Shown: positions 34,500 to 48,003, counted from the whole stretch's first letter. The stretch is 62,992 nt of DNA, filler included, from Octopus bimaculoides (GCF_001194135.2; 3 parts of 3 records of this genome joined end to end with filler, not necessarily neighbours in it), one strand, 5' to 3'. Notes: a model not told the origin generated them from the letters alone. Made by a program: numbers and translations.

Positions 34500-35940
34500 T
34501 TCCCATAAGTATGAGGTATACTGGTGTATAAATTAGAGGCAATTCAGTTCTGGCTGGACCAATTCCCGGAAGAAATCCCAAACAGGATCAGTAAAGAATT
34601 CATTACTAAATCGGTTGAATTCATCTTCCGAAACAACCACTTCTTGTTTGACAATACTTTCTACCGACAAAAATCCGGAATTGCTATGGGCACTAGGGCA
34701 GCTCCAGTCATTGCGAACCTAACAATGGGTTACTTGGAAATAATAATATACCAGGAATCTTTCTCTATCTTTGGAAACACCCTTTCCCAATACATAAAAG
34801 AAAATTGGAAAAGGTTCCTGGACGACTGTTTCATACTCTGGAATGAAAACACAGATGAACTCTTGAAATTCAAAAGTCTATTGAACAGTGTCAACCCAAA
34901 CATACAGTTCACAATGGAATACAACCAAAAGGAGCTCCCANNNNNNNNNNNNNNNNNNNNNNNNNNNNNNNNNNNNNNNNNNNNNNNNNNNNNNNNNNNN
35001 NNNNNNNNNNNNNNNNNNNNNNNNNNNNNNNNNNNCAGTGGATAAGGACCCCAAATTAAAGGAAGTTTTACACACACACAAAATCATTAAAAGCTACAAA
35101 CAACCAAAATCACTGGAAAAGATCCTCACAAAGGCAAAATTATTTTCCAAAATAACAGATGCAAAAGTGAAAAAATGTGGTCGACCAAATTGCGCAACAT
35201 GCCCAAACCTTCTAGAAGGTTCAAAATTCCTCTTCAAAGAGGGACATGAATGCAAAGTTAAATCTAACTTTACCTGTGCCTCAGAAAACCTTATTTATGT
35301 AATAAGATGCTCGGGCTGCCACGAAAACTACATAGGGTCCACAGGATTAACGCTCAGACGTAGATGCACTCTGCATCGACAGCAGATTGCATGCCCAGAA
35401 TACCGAATGATACCTTTTAGTGAACATATTAAGAAATGCGCAAAACAAATGCTACCACAATTTATAATCTTTCCATTCTATCAATGTGCCATTAGTACAC
35501 CAACACAAATTAGATTAAATAAGGAAACCTTCTTCATTCAAAAATATAAACCCAAACTTAACAATTGCTAACACTTTTAAATAAGGAAATTCACCTCACT
35601 GAGAGGAAAAAAATATAGAATAAAATCTAACATACTATTCTTTCTAAACCAAACCATGATAAATTAATCAAAATCTACCACATTCTACATTTCGTTTATC
35701 TCCCTTATACCGGAAGAAATCCCTAATTACCTCTCCCTATCTAGAACTCTTTTATTTACACACGGGAGCGAAGACATGTTACCATGAAGTAGAGAAATTT
35801 GAAAAGACAACACGAAACCGGTTATTTCTCCAAATACAATGTTTATATACCAAAAAAATTTTATAACATTTTTCTGACATAATTTAAATATATACTTTAA
35901 CCATGTAACACAAGCCTTCTGTAGTTTTTTCACTCTTGTT
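34500..35940 (+). mobile_element. Penelope-like retroelement, 5'-truncated, RT + GIY-YIG
   Basis: NNHFLFDNTFYRQKSGIAMGTRAAPVIANLTMG, WKRFLDDCF, IQFTME; then CGRPNCATC, NLIYVIRCSGCHENYIGSTGLTLRRR..LH, ETFFIQKYKPKLN. Frames are open over the sequenced parts, with a gap between. Confidence 0.92.
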
Positions 35941-36798
35941 TATCTTCTATATATATATATATATATATATACTACAGCTACCAGTTTCCGTCGTCCATAT
36001 TCACTCACAAGGTATTGGTCGGCTATAGTACAAGACACTTTCCCCCAAGGTGCCGCGCAGTGCGAGTAAACCTGAAACCGCATGACTGCAAAGCAAGCTT
36101 CTTAGCCACAAAGCTATACCTGTCATTTGTCAATTCGATCAGAGCTGACCAATGGCTAAACAACGATGACAACAACTTGTAAGTGACAGACTGACGAATA
36201 TCTGTGGCTTTGTAGATGTTTTACATCATCTAGAAATTTAATTTAAAGGCTAACAACAAATGCAAAACTGATTCGGATCTGCAGTTAACTTGACATGTAA
36301 AGATGAATGCAACACATGTAATCCCATTATGGGATTATAGCTTAAGACATATAGCAGTGTTACTTGGAATTAAAGAAATTAAGATTTTGAAATTCTAAAC
36401 AAGTTTATCGATAGCCAAAAGTGGATCGATAACCAGGTTTACATTTAAGATGTGATATACATAACTTAGTAGATATGACCGAGCGCATTCAAAAAACTGG
36501 ATTACTAATTCATTGACTATGAGTTCGAATCCATTACAGACCTTCCGATATACTTTTAAGCAAAATAGTTTTATTCTACATTGACTCAATTGATTAGCTC
36601 TAAGTCAGCCTTGGTTGAGAAAACTTGTGGACAAGGAGCACAGGCAGATCTGTGAAGCTAAGAAATTCGTTTTGTGACTACGTTTTCCAAAGAAGTCACT
36701 GCGCAGCACCTCAGGCAAGTGTCTTCTGTAACTTCGAGTTAACCAACGCTTTGTGAGTGGAATCTGTTAGAAAATCTGTGGAAGCTTGTCGTATGGAG

Positions 36799-36835
<37 letters not shown>

Positions 36836-37429
36836 CGTGCGTGTGTGCGTGTTAATGAGGGTCTGTCTGTCTTTCGGTGATGTATATCAATGAGAAAACC
36901 GATAAACTGGTAATATTTGTTCCGCCTGATTCGCACAGAAAACCCCTTGCCTCTTCACCGTCATCACAAATTTGCTAACTCATTCGTTGGTTCACAGAAA
37001 CCTGTGGGCAATGAAGATATTGTTCATAGAATACGATATTAATTTTTTTCTTAATAAAAAGATAAAGAAATGTAAGGCATCAAGCCGTGACCATTTCGTC
37101 ATTGCTTTTATAGAATACGTACATAGAATACGTTTTTATCGAAAAAAAACTCATACCTTATGACAGAAGACCTTAACTCCTTTGAAGGCAATATTTAGAG
37201 AACACCCTAACCCGTGTTCGCAGGTCTGACGATGATATTTATTTAAAAGGACATAATGAAGAAGCTAACGATATAACAACAACACGTCTTAAAATTTGGA
37301 ATGAAAATAAAAGCTGGAAAAGAGGAAGTCAATTTAAGGATAACTGTTGGGGAAGGTCCGAATGTCTCGTAAGATTGCGTCTGAATGTAGTAAGTTCCTC
37401 GTCAGTGCACAGATCTGACCGAGTTTTCT

Positions 37430-38200
37430 TTTGTTTTTTTTTTTTGTTAAAACCGGCAGTTACTTATGCATACATGTCCACTCTCGACACCGATTTTTAT
37501 CCAAAGGAAAGGCAAGAATGTATATAGCTTCGCACCAGCGCCGTCGTGCACTGTATGGACAAAAGGAAAAAGCAAAGCTAATTAAAATAGAAAGAAAGAC
37601 GCTCAAACAAGTTTGTTAGTTTAAATATTAGGAAAGAAAATAATGTAAGATGAAAGACAAAGATGAAATAATAAGATAAAGAGCCGGGCAGAATACAGCA
37701 TCTACAGCGACTGTAGTAAAATTAAACCTTGTTTGGAAAAACAAAAATATATTACAACAAAAATTAATTTTGTAAAAGCAATAGGAATTTCATCTGTTCT
37801 TTAGGGATTGCGAATTTTAGAGGATAGGTGCTGAAAGTGAGAAAAGGGATCATAGCTTTTGAAATGAAATCTTATAGAAAATGTTTATTATTCCATATAC
37901 CGAACATTGAACAAACGAGTTTTAAGAAAGACGTTGAGAACCAAAAACCTCTTCTGTCAATTGACAAAAGACGGAAATTAAATAGTTTGGTCAGATTAAC
38001 ACGATACGATGACGTCTTAACTCTAGTGAGCATGAGCTTGTACGGACAACCCATAATAAAATAGAAATAGGAAGCAAATGAAGTGAATGGTTGAGTCTCA
38101 CCAATGAACGGACAGGACAGAAGATAAGAGAAAACTTAAGATGGCTGATAACCACAGAAGATGGAGGGAAGATGTGTTTCTTGTGCATCCATGGTTATAG
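37430..38200 (+). mobile_element. RTE-like LINE remnant, heavily decayed
   Basis: EKGIIAFEMKSYRKCLL..., KPLLSIDKRRKLNSLVRLTRYD resemble the RTE C-terminal consensus (RIQAFE.KC.R; PLLA.VKRRKL.WFGHV.R). Boundaries approximate. Confidence 0.6.
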
Positions 38201-38429
38201 ATTTTGATTGATGATGCCATGAAATCGCAGTTAAGAGCTGATCCCACTAGTGTTTTTTTTTATCTTTCTTTTGAGAATTATGAATCATTTACATTATCTG
38301 CCTCACATTACTTCTGGATTAAGTCGCTATTAAGTGAACTACAGGAAACCCTGCGTTACGAGACTAATGAGTTCATGAAAAACTTGTAACGCGAAGTTCC
38401 GCAATGCATAATTAATTTTCCTATTGATT

Positions 38430-39290
38430 TTCATGTTATAAAGTGATGGTGAGTTCCAATGGGAAAAAGATGTTGACTACAATGTGCGGGATGGTGATAG
38501 TGGAATGAGAGTTACTGGACAGATGAGAGACACTATCTTCTATTTTATAGTTCAACATCATCAACATCTTGAGAAGTGAAGAATTCATCTCTTTGTGCAG
38601 CTCAGTGTAGGACCCGAGCTCATTGTATACTATCGTAATTTTTATGTTACGTTCAGGATTAGAGCTGCTATCACCAAAAACTTTCCTCCATAAGTGCCAA
38701 CGCTTTGGCAGTACTCTTTGCAATCAATTTGAATAGAGTTGATGGAATTTCCGTATTCTCATTTGTATTCTTGTTCTAACAACATCAATTCCTCATCAGA
38801 TATTATTTTCTCTATGAGGCAATAGCAACTGAACCACATCATCCCCTATGACTTCTTCAAACGCTATATCACAAGCAAGTGTCACAATATCTTTCTGAAT
38901 TTGGTGTAGACTTTCTGCTTCTGAAAACTTGTAAAGCCACGGATACAGTCAGACTGTATTCTTCTAAGCACCATTCAAGGTGTTGAAGCTCTTATTACAT
39001 TCCATGAGTCAACTATGTCATCCATAGCATCCATTATGCTGAACTTCTTCCAAAAAGTCTCTGACACTAGATTTATCTACAGTTAGAGACTTCTTGGAAG
39101 CAGTTGGCAAGAAAGGTTTATCAGAGATAAATTAAAGCTTTGGAAGCCCACGGAGTTTTGGACTGATACATGAGAAAGCTTTAATTTCACATCGCCAACG
39201 GTATTTCCTCGCAGAAAAAGCGTCAAACCATTTTTGGAAACCAGTAACAGTTTTCTGAATAATATAACATTTCTGATGATTTGTGTAATC
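38430..39290 (-). mobile_element. pogo/Tigger-like transposase remnant
   Basis: GLTLFLRGNTVGDVKLK (cf. RLTLLLGGNAAGDFKLK), FWKKFSIMDAMDDIVDSWNVI, ISDEELMLLEQE, NPERNIKI; frameshifted. Confidence 0.75.
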
Positions 39291-39494
39291 ATTTTTTTAA
39301 AAGACTTACTTGACTTAAATTAATTTAATTTAATATAATTGTGTATCACAGTTATGTAATTTAAATTGATAGTATACACATTTGGTGGTGTTTACCTTAG
39401 TGGAACAGCTGTCAAATATAATTAGAATATGAACTATACAATGTTAAATTTATCCTTTTCTGCTAAATATGCATGTGTGTGTATATATATATAT

Positions 39495-39964
39495 AGGGAG
39501 AATTCACAAAAAAAAAACCAACAAACGAAGACAGGAGGTGTAGAAAACAAATAGATGTATTAGTATAACGCTCGGGAATTGAGAAAGTCTTTAACGATTC
39601 GAGCCTACGCTCTTCCACTGATTGTTGGCGAGTTTTTTTCCCTCCTTCGTCTTGGACTTTCCTGTTTTTCCTGTTTCCGAAGAGCTATGCTCAAAACGTA
39701 AAACTACTACCCTTTTCTTTCTTTGAGCGTCTTATTAATACATTGCTTGTGCAAAGGTTTTTAACGGATCGGTCTATTGTATTTAAAACACTGAGAATAA
39801 CATTTAAAAGAAAAGTGTCTGTAACTCGAAGTATTTTAAACAGTTTCGTACATAAAACACCGACTTCTCAGTTTTCTAGTTGGTGCTTTATCTCTCAGTG
39901 ATGTAAGTCTGCAAGGGCTGTACATAAATACATACATACATACATACATACACACATACAAACA

Positions 39965-39995
<31 letters not shown>

Positions 39996-40115
39996 GTGTC
40001 TTTCTTGAGAAGAGCGTATTCTCGAAACGTAAAAGACTTTGCTTCCTATTTTCCTGAAAGTAAACCTAATACACGCTGTTTGATGTTTTTACCTCGTCTT
40101 CATGCTTTTTATTAA
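39495..40115. mobile_element. Three short Penelope-type 3'-terminal fragments (one minus, two plus)
   Basis: GAAGAGC-loop-GCTC/CTCGAAACGTAAAAGACTT motif at ~39594-39620 (minus), 39677-39699 and 40005-40030; related to the end of the element at ~4290-4410. Confidence 0.6.
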
Positions 40116-40379
40116 TTTTGCTACATACACATACATACATACATACATACATACATACATACATGCACACGCACAAGCGCATACACACAGACACACACAA
40201 ACACACGCATACGAACAGGTGCTCATACACGCACACGCACGCAAGTGTGTGGATATATGTGTGCGTTCAGGCTAAATCAGTGTTCGGGCTAAATTTGACA
40301 GTTTGCATAAAAGATAAAGAAAACACAAAATCCCATACAAAAATAAATTTTTTTTTTTTTTAAATATAAAAAAATCAAC

Positions 40380-40940
40380 TAGATTCTACCAAGAAGTTAA
40401 TAGTTTACTCAAAGTAGCCGCCCTCAGCTTCCAACCACGGCCTCAAGACGGCTCCTGAACCTGGCGAATGCATTCCTTACTATGTTCTTGGGAAGACCTT
40501 CGAACACCTCCTTGGTCTTAGCCACCAGCTCGAATTTGGGTTGCCGGCAGAGAGGTTAGTGTCTTTGTAAACCGCGTCCCACACATAGTAATCGGGGGAA
40601 TTAGGAAGCCAGAAATTGAGGTGATATAGTCGTAGAAATTCTCTGACAATCACTTCTGACTCTTTATGGAGGTATGGCAAGGAGCTGAGTCCTGCTGCCA
40701 CACACATAGCCTCCCAGTAGTAACTCACTCCAGCCAGTGTTTGACCAGTCTCCAGGAGCTTCACATAGCCGTCAGAATTGAGCTTAATGCTCTGATCAAA
40801 GATGTGGGGCTGCATGACGTCACCCTCACTGGAGACATACCCAAATACCATCAAGGTTTGGGGAACTTGGTTTTCATAATACGTGGGACATGTCCATGTC
40901 ACGTCTTACCACCTTCACAGTGTTCACAGATCATTGAATA
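40380..40940 (-). mobile_element. Tc1/mariner-superfamily transposase C-terminal remnant
   Basis: LMVFGYVSSEGDVMQPHIF...LNSDGYVKLLET, QQDSAPC-like segment, FWLPNSPDYYVW, RSRLEAVVEAEGGYFE; frameshifts. Confidence 0.85.
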
Positions 40941-41111
40941 GCAATCACAATATCGGTATTTTGATACCGGGTACGAATCATTATGATACAGATGACTCTT
41001 TTCCAATATTCAGATGGCTTCCAGCACTGCATGTCAGCTAACTTCAACTTTAATCTTTATACTCTTCAACGCCATGGAATGTTCAGTAATACATCAAGCT
41101 GTTTCTGAAAA

Positions 41112-41444
41112 TGTTGTTGTTGGCACACCGTCGCTTACGACGTCGAGGGTTCCAGTTGATCCAATCAACGGAACAGCCTGCTCGTGAAATTAACGTGCAA
41201 GTGGCTGAGCACTCCACAGACACGTGTACCCTTAACGTAGTTCTCGGGGATATTCAGCGTGACACAGTGTGACAAGGCTGACCCTTTGAATTACAAGCAC
41301 AACAGAAACAGGAATTAAGAGAAAGTTGTGGTGAAAGAGTAGAGCAGGGTTCGCCACCATCCCCTGCCGGAACCTCGTGGAGCTTTAGGTGTTTTCGCTC
41401 AATAAACACTCACAACGCCCGGTCTGGGAATCGAAACCACGATT
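41112..41444 (-). mobile_element. tRNA-derived SINE, second family (related fragments at 47638-47802 and ~53930-54155, both minus)
   Basis: Reverse complement carries B-box GGTTTCGATTCC; body CGTCGCTTACGACGTCGAGGG...CCCTTTGAA is shared with the other copies. Confidence 0.75.
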
Positions 41445-42055
41445 NNNNNNNNNNNNNNNNNNNNNNNNNNNNNNNNNNNNNNNNNNNNNNNNNNNNNNNN
41501 NNNNNNNNNNNNNNNNNNNNNNNNNNNNNNNNNNNNNNNNNNNNNNNNNNNNNNNNNNNNNNNNNNNNNNNNNNNNNNNNNNNNNNNNNNNNNNNNNNNN
41601 NNNNNNNNNNNNNNNNNNNNNNNNNNNNNNNNNNNNNNNNNNNNNNNNNNNNNNNNNNNNNNNNNNNNNNNNNNNNNNNNNNNNNNNNNNNNNNNNNNNN
41701 NNNNNNNNNNNNNNNNNNNNNNNNNNNNNNNNNNNNNNNNNNNNNNNNNNNNNNNNNNNNNNNNNNNNNNNNNNNNNNNNNNNNNNNNNNNNNNNNNNNN
41801 NNNNNNNNNNNNNNNNNNNNNNNNNNNNNNNNNNNNNNNNNNNNNNNNNNNNNNNNNNNNNNNNNNNNNNNNNNNNNNNNNNNNNNNNNNNNNNNNNNNN
41901 NNNNNNNNNNNNNNNNNNNNNNNNNNNNNNNNNNNNNNNNNNNNNNNNNNNNNNNNNNNNNNNNNNNNNNNNNNNNNNNNNNNNNNNNNNNNNNNNNNNN
42001 NNNNNNNNNNNNNNNNNNNNNNNNNNNNNNNNNNNNNNNNNNNNNNNNNNNNNNN

Positions 42056-42119
<64 letters not shown>

Positions 42120-42299
42120 CAGAGAGGAAAGCGGGACGTGACACGATAATAATGATAGGTACAATGGCGTAAACAGAGAAAAGATTAGGACCCTACAAGT
42201 GACTGAGACTAGTGTAAAGAGGTCCAAGACATCTATCCCAGAGATCCATAAATCTGTGTTTAACAAGACTAAAGAAGTTTGAAATCTACAAGTCACCAC

Positions 42300-43100
42300 T
42301 CAATAATTGTCTAACGGCTGCAGCCAAACCGTGTCACTGATCAGATCAGTGAGGGTGATGAAAATGTTAATGCCTGGTGAAGAAGAAAAGACTGACGCTC
42401 TTGTAATCCTGTGGAAGACATCACGCATGTGATTAGCAGCTGTCCTAAAATGTCGTCACGGTACTACATCCCTCTGTGGCATGATGTTGTTGCTAAAACA
42501 ATTTACAATGCCATCTGCAAAAACGACTGTTCTGAAATAAACTTAGAAAATCCCTCTGTTATGGAATACATTCATAAAAATCAACTGATATAAACTGAAT
42601 ATTCCACCAAGAATACTGGTGGAATATTCCCATCAAAATTTCTGTCAAATGTTAACATAACAGGTCGGATACTGTTGTTTGGGACAGAGGGACAAGGGTA
42701 TGTACCATCATAGAGGTTAGCTGCCCTGCAGATATAAATATCTCTTTGGATATCAAAGAAAAAGAGGATACCTACGGACAACTGCTTCAGAACTTCCAGC
42801 TTCTACATCCAGACTATGATTCATATTCACATCAATAATAATTGGAGCACTAGGTTTTGTTAGTGAATGCTTAAAAAAGAATCTGGATAAACTGGGATCT
42901 TCAGAAAGAGAATTCGACCGGCTAATTCGTACATTACAAGTGCAATCAGTGAGTGGAACAATAAAAATATGCAAGACTTTTCTCAAGTTCTAAATGTGAA
43001 TTTGTCTATGTTAACTAGATCCCAAAGATGGAACCTTGTATCTTTGTTGGAAAGTGGCTCCCTCCTCAGTGGAAGATTTATAATAATTAAAAAAATAGAA
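42300..43100 (+). mobile_element. 3' end of a restriction-like-endonuclease (RLE) non-LTR retrotransposon, R4/Dong-like
   Basis: CCHC knuckle C..VEDITHVISSCP; RLE motifs HNRSDTVVWD, IIEVSCPAD, KEKEDTY, IIIGALG; stop at 42991-42993, ~110-nt 3' UTR, then (TACA)n. Frameshifted. Confidence 0.85.
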
Positions 43101-43192
43101 GAGACATACATACATACATACATACATACATACATACATACATACATACATACGTACATACATACATGAACACACATACATACATACATACA

Positions 43193-43224
<32 letters not shown>

Positions 43225-43506
43225 CGTTAGTTCTCTGTAAATTGATGCAAGACGTCCTTGATGATCCGTTCTGGTTAAGTCTCCAGATGCGCTTAGAACA
43301 TCCAGTGCAGGATTCCAAACAACCAGAATGGTAAAACGTGCGTAGGAACAAATAATATAAACACGGTTTTCTTTTTAATTTATATTAGATATATATATAT
43401 ATGTGTGTATATATATNNNNNNNNNNNNNNNNNNNNNNNNNNNNNNNNNNNNNNNNNNNNNNNNNNNNNNNNNNNNNNNNNNNNNNNNNNNNNNNNNNNN
43501 NNNNNN

Positions 43507-43573
<67 letters not shown>

Positions 43574-44244
43574 TAGATAAAGAACTTAGAAAGTTCTCGC
43601 TTGGTGCACTTGTTCACGCAATACCAATTTGATGGAGGGAGTGAGCTAATGAACAACACAAACATTTAATCATTATAAACAAATCATCTGTGCAGGTTAT
43701 TCAGTAAGAACTTGTGAAACCTTCATCTCTTTCCTATATCGATATTTGCGTGTATGTATGTGTACTGTGTGCGTGTGTGTGTGTGAGTGCGGAGTGTGTG
43801 TGCGGTGTCTGTGTGTGTATGTGTGTGCATGCGGTGTGTGTGCGGGCGTGTACATTTTCCAGCTTGTGCTTGAGCCAACAAGAAAAAACAAACATGTCTC
43901 GGACCTTCTCTCTGACCATGACATGGTACTCTGCAATCTTATTTCCAACATGCCAAAGCCAAACCAGTCGCTCTCAACCCAGCACACCTTTTCGACAACA
44001 TTAATCTTCACAAAGCAGACTGAAGAGCAATTAGGCAAAATCTGTTGTTTATCGATTGATCCTTCACTCAAACTTCCCCAGACGTTCAAACAACTTGGCA
44101 GAGGTTTGAGAACATTGTCACTTATACATGTTCAAAATTGGCTTCAACAAAACTCATTAGCATAAATAGAAGTTGGTTCCCAAGAGAGAGAAAAAAACAT
44201 CAAGAAAATCAAAAAACTTGATTTAAAAAATCAATCAATTAAAA

Positions 44245-44534
44245 CAGACATGTCAAACTGCAGAGTCTCTATGGACCGCATTGCTCACATACGTGTTGCT
44301 ATGGGGGCCGCATATTTTTAAACACACGTTTACAACGAAAATTTCCGTCGTAAAAGTTCTTTATCATTAAGAAAAAATCTTTTAAAACCTTTTATTTGCT
44401 CATCAATAATCCTAATTTTACAAATCAAATTATTAATTTATTTTCATTATTAAGATTTTTGAGTGTTCCCCGCTAGCCATGCCACTCGAGGACCGCCATT
44501 GTGTTTGAAAAGGGTCGCTTGTTTGACATGCTTG
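44245..44534. mobile_element. hAT-type MITE, 290 bp
   Basis: TIRs CAGACATGTCAAAC / GTTTGACATGCTTG; 8-bp TSD AATTAAAA / AATTAAAG. Confidence 0.8.
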
Positions 44535-44559
44535 AATTAAAGTACATTCAGCAACAACA

Positions 44560-46290
44560 TCCACAGTCAACAGCAATAAAGATACTTGGGTTGGAAAAAT
44601 ATCATCTGCTGAACAGCATGAAGACGTATATTAAAAAGAAAGATGATTCCGAGGAAGACTGGGTTATTTAAAGAAATCAAACACAACCCAAAAGTGTTAT
44701 CTTCATCTACCAACAAGCATAGGACCGCTGTCTCATCCATTGGTTCACTTGATAGGAGATAACAACATTCTCCACCATGAAATGGCAGTGATCCTGCAGA
44801 AACACTTTACTCTGTCTTCAATGATTCAGTTGAGGTTGACTTGTGCTATTTCAATGAAATCAACACCAAATATATTATCTCCGGTATTACTTTCATACCT
44901 CAGACACCACTGTAGCAATAAACGAAACCTAACATTATTCTGCAGTAGCCACTGACAGATTCTCTACAAGTGTCCTAAAAGAATGCGGATATCAAATTGC
45001 GTCACCTCTAACCAATCTACGGAGAAAATCTTCAGTCAGGTTATATACCCAAACATTTCTTATCCCAATGTTATCCCACCCTCCAAAAAGGGAATCAGGT
45101 CACTTGTAGTTAACTATCCCCAATCTAACTCACTTCCTATGTCATCAAAATATTTGAAAGAGTGGCATGAACAAGAATAACTGACTTCCTGGAGAGTAAC
45201 AATCTCCTAGACTCTTACCAGCACAGCATTCGTGCAGCAGAGGCCACCTTACACAATATCTACATCACTTTGATAACAACCTTAAAGTTTTGATCAGCGC
45301 TCAACATCCTACCGTTAAAATTTTCCGTCACAGGTGTCCATGGTAAACTGCTGCACTAGATCAAATATTTCCTGGTGAACAGAACCCAACATGTTGTCAG
45401 CGATTGGATCTCCTCAAGCCCAGCAAAAGTCGTCAGTGGTTTTCCTCGAGGGAGTATAATGGGCCCACTTTTCCCCATATCTCAAATTTCATCAAGCACA
45501 ACAAAATATAAATATTTGCAGATGACTCCAAGCTTCAAACACTTGTCAAAGGAGAAGACCGAAAAAAAAAAAGACTACCTGATCATTATGCTATAATTCA
45601 ATGGGCGGACAGAAATATCATGCTGCTAAATAAGGGGAAATTTGGACTCGTACACTTTAGAAAGGAGAATATGCTCAAACAACCATACTCTCTTTCTTCA
45701 CAATAACCATCCGCAGAATCGTTCCCTTTCCTTTTTTGTACCGCCTCATCTATATTACTGTTACCTCCTGTGGCTTCCTATATCAAGCAAAATATTATGA
45801 GAACCGAGACACTGCAGTGAGCAATTACAAATAAATAAATTAATGTCATAATTGATCTTGATTATTGGAACAGTCTTAAAACATTGAAAATTTATTCTCC
45901 TCAACGACACCTCGAGCGATACATCATTTGCTCAATATGAAGAATATACCACCAGCCTTGCCCAAACGACCTTAGCATCAAATTTACAATTTATCCAAGT
46001 CGTGCCATACGACTCATACGCAATTCAAGCTCATAGCACATAATCACATTGCAACATAATTACTTTTCCTCAACAAGCTCTGCCTTATTTGATATTATAC
46101 AAAAGCAAATGAAAGATGAAAGAGGTTTCATAACCTTCAAATGATATCTGAACAAACTTCTTCAAGGGTACCAGACAAACCACCTATATCTGGATATATC
46201 TCCCTATTTGAATGGGCTATGATACCACAAAACTTGACTTAAAAGATTCTCTCGGGTGGTACAATTCAATCAGACATAGCCTGGGCCAAT
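44560..46290 (+). mobile_element. CR1/L2-like LINE RT remnant, decayed
   Basis: KEIKHNPKV, NRTQHVV...SSPAKVVSGFPRGSIMGPLF, IFADDSKL-like segment; many lesions. Confidence 0.8.
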
Positions 46291-47598
46291 TTTGGTCGAA
46301 ACATCTAAGTTTACACACACACACACACACATACATACATACATACATACATACATACATACATACATANNNNNNNNNNNNNNNNNNNNNNNNNNNNNNT
46401 ATATATACACCTGTTTCTGTTCATCAGAGCTTCAAACACGCAGCAGAAACAGCTGTAACTAATGGAATTCATAAGGTAATTATTTATTCCCTCGTCATCT
46501 CAGTTTCCTTAACGACAATGTAACATTGTGGTTAAGGAAATTATATCTTCGGCGAGTTAACTTGGGAATCCTTAACGATGTAAGGTTCATATAATTAAGG
46601 TATCTTCGACCTGATGAGTAACTGAGTACCCCTCGTTGAGTAATTATTACATCAGAGGATTTGCTAGCCAACCCTTATTTTAACCAGCTCCATTCCCTCA
46701 ATTTGGATTTTTATTCGCATTCAGAGCAACTCAAATTGCTAACCGTGAGCTATAAAAAATTTTTTTCTCGCTTATCGAACTTCGATATGGGAAAAGCCTA
46801 CAACCTTCGACGGTAATAAATTATTATTGTTCCTGAACGTTGTTTTTTATACCTACCACGGACTGCTCGAGGTTTACTAACTTCCTACACTTAGATCCTT
46901 CGATCTAGACCCTCAGTTCTTTCAGTCTTTCCCAGTAACTCATCTGTTGTACTGAAGTAATCTTCTTTGTGTAACAGCGTTGGAATGCCTCAAGCTCCGC
47001 TGTTAATATTAGGTTATGAAGTGACTATAACTAGGAACAGTAGTCCAGGTGGCTGAGAACTGAGAACATACGTTCTCCACACGATCACCATGGTTTCCTC
47101 ACCATCCAACCAGCCAGCCAACCAGTGGCCTGCACATTGTTGCCATTTTATAATTATGCATACAGAATTTTGCATCATTATTCATGTGGCTTTCTAAATG
47201 ATGCACTGATGGCGACTCCGTTATTACAATACACACTGGCCCTGAATATATTGTGATTGAAATCTATTTGTGAACTGATAATGATGTACTTGAAACTTTT
47301 CAGCATTGACTTGCATGTTGTTTTCTTCAACCCACTTGAGAATACTGTGTTCAGGTGTTACTATAATTTCACGTTAGCATTTCGGTTCTTCACTGCTTAT
47401 GATACTTTTCTATCGACAGCATATGACAAAGGGTATTTCTGACAGTGGGTATTTCTGAGAAGGCTTCCACAAACAGTGGCGGTCCCAGTAGAGCACGGAG
47501 AGGGACTCCACTTAAAATTGATGACTCCTCAGAAATTTCCAACTATGCTAGGTCAAGCAGTTTGGAATGTATCATTCTGTGAACAACTTTATCGAATG

Positions 47599-47637
<39 letters not shown>

Positions 47638-47828
47638 AGGCTGGCCCTTTGAAATACAGGTACTACTCATTTTTGCCAGCTATTTGGACTGGAGCAACGT
47701 GAAATAGTGTCTTGCTCAAGGACACAACGCGTCACCAGATATTGAACTCACGACCTTACGATCGTGAGTCGAATATCCCAACCACTAAGCCACGCGCCTT
47801 CACATACATACATACATACATACATATA

Positions 47829-47971
47829 CAGTCATAGCGAAAAGTTTGGAACATAGGTCTTAAAATAAGAATTTTTATATTAAATGGCCTATGTTATATT
47901 TGTTCGGAGCGTATACTGGGCATAACAATTTAAATTTTTCTTTTAATGTTACAAACTTTTGGCGACGACTG
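47829..47971. mobile_element. Tc1-type MITE, 143 bp
   Basis: TIRs CAGTCATAGCGAAAAGTTTGGAAC / GTTACAAACTTTTGGCGACGACTG; TA on both sides. Confidence 0.85.

Positions 47972-48003
<32 letters not shown>

Noticed and set aside
39879-39902. Possible micro-exon tttctag|TTGGTG...AGTGAT|gtaagt
   Set aside because: Not a multiple of 3, no paralogue, lies among PLE fragments.
46611-46618. CTGATGAG as a hammerhead ribozyme core
   Set aside because: No correctly placed C-GAAA partner closing stem II was found.
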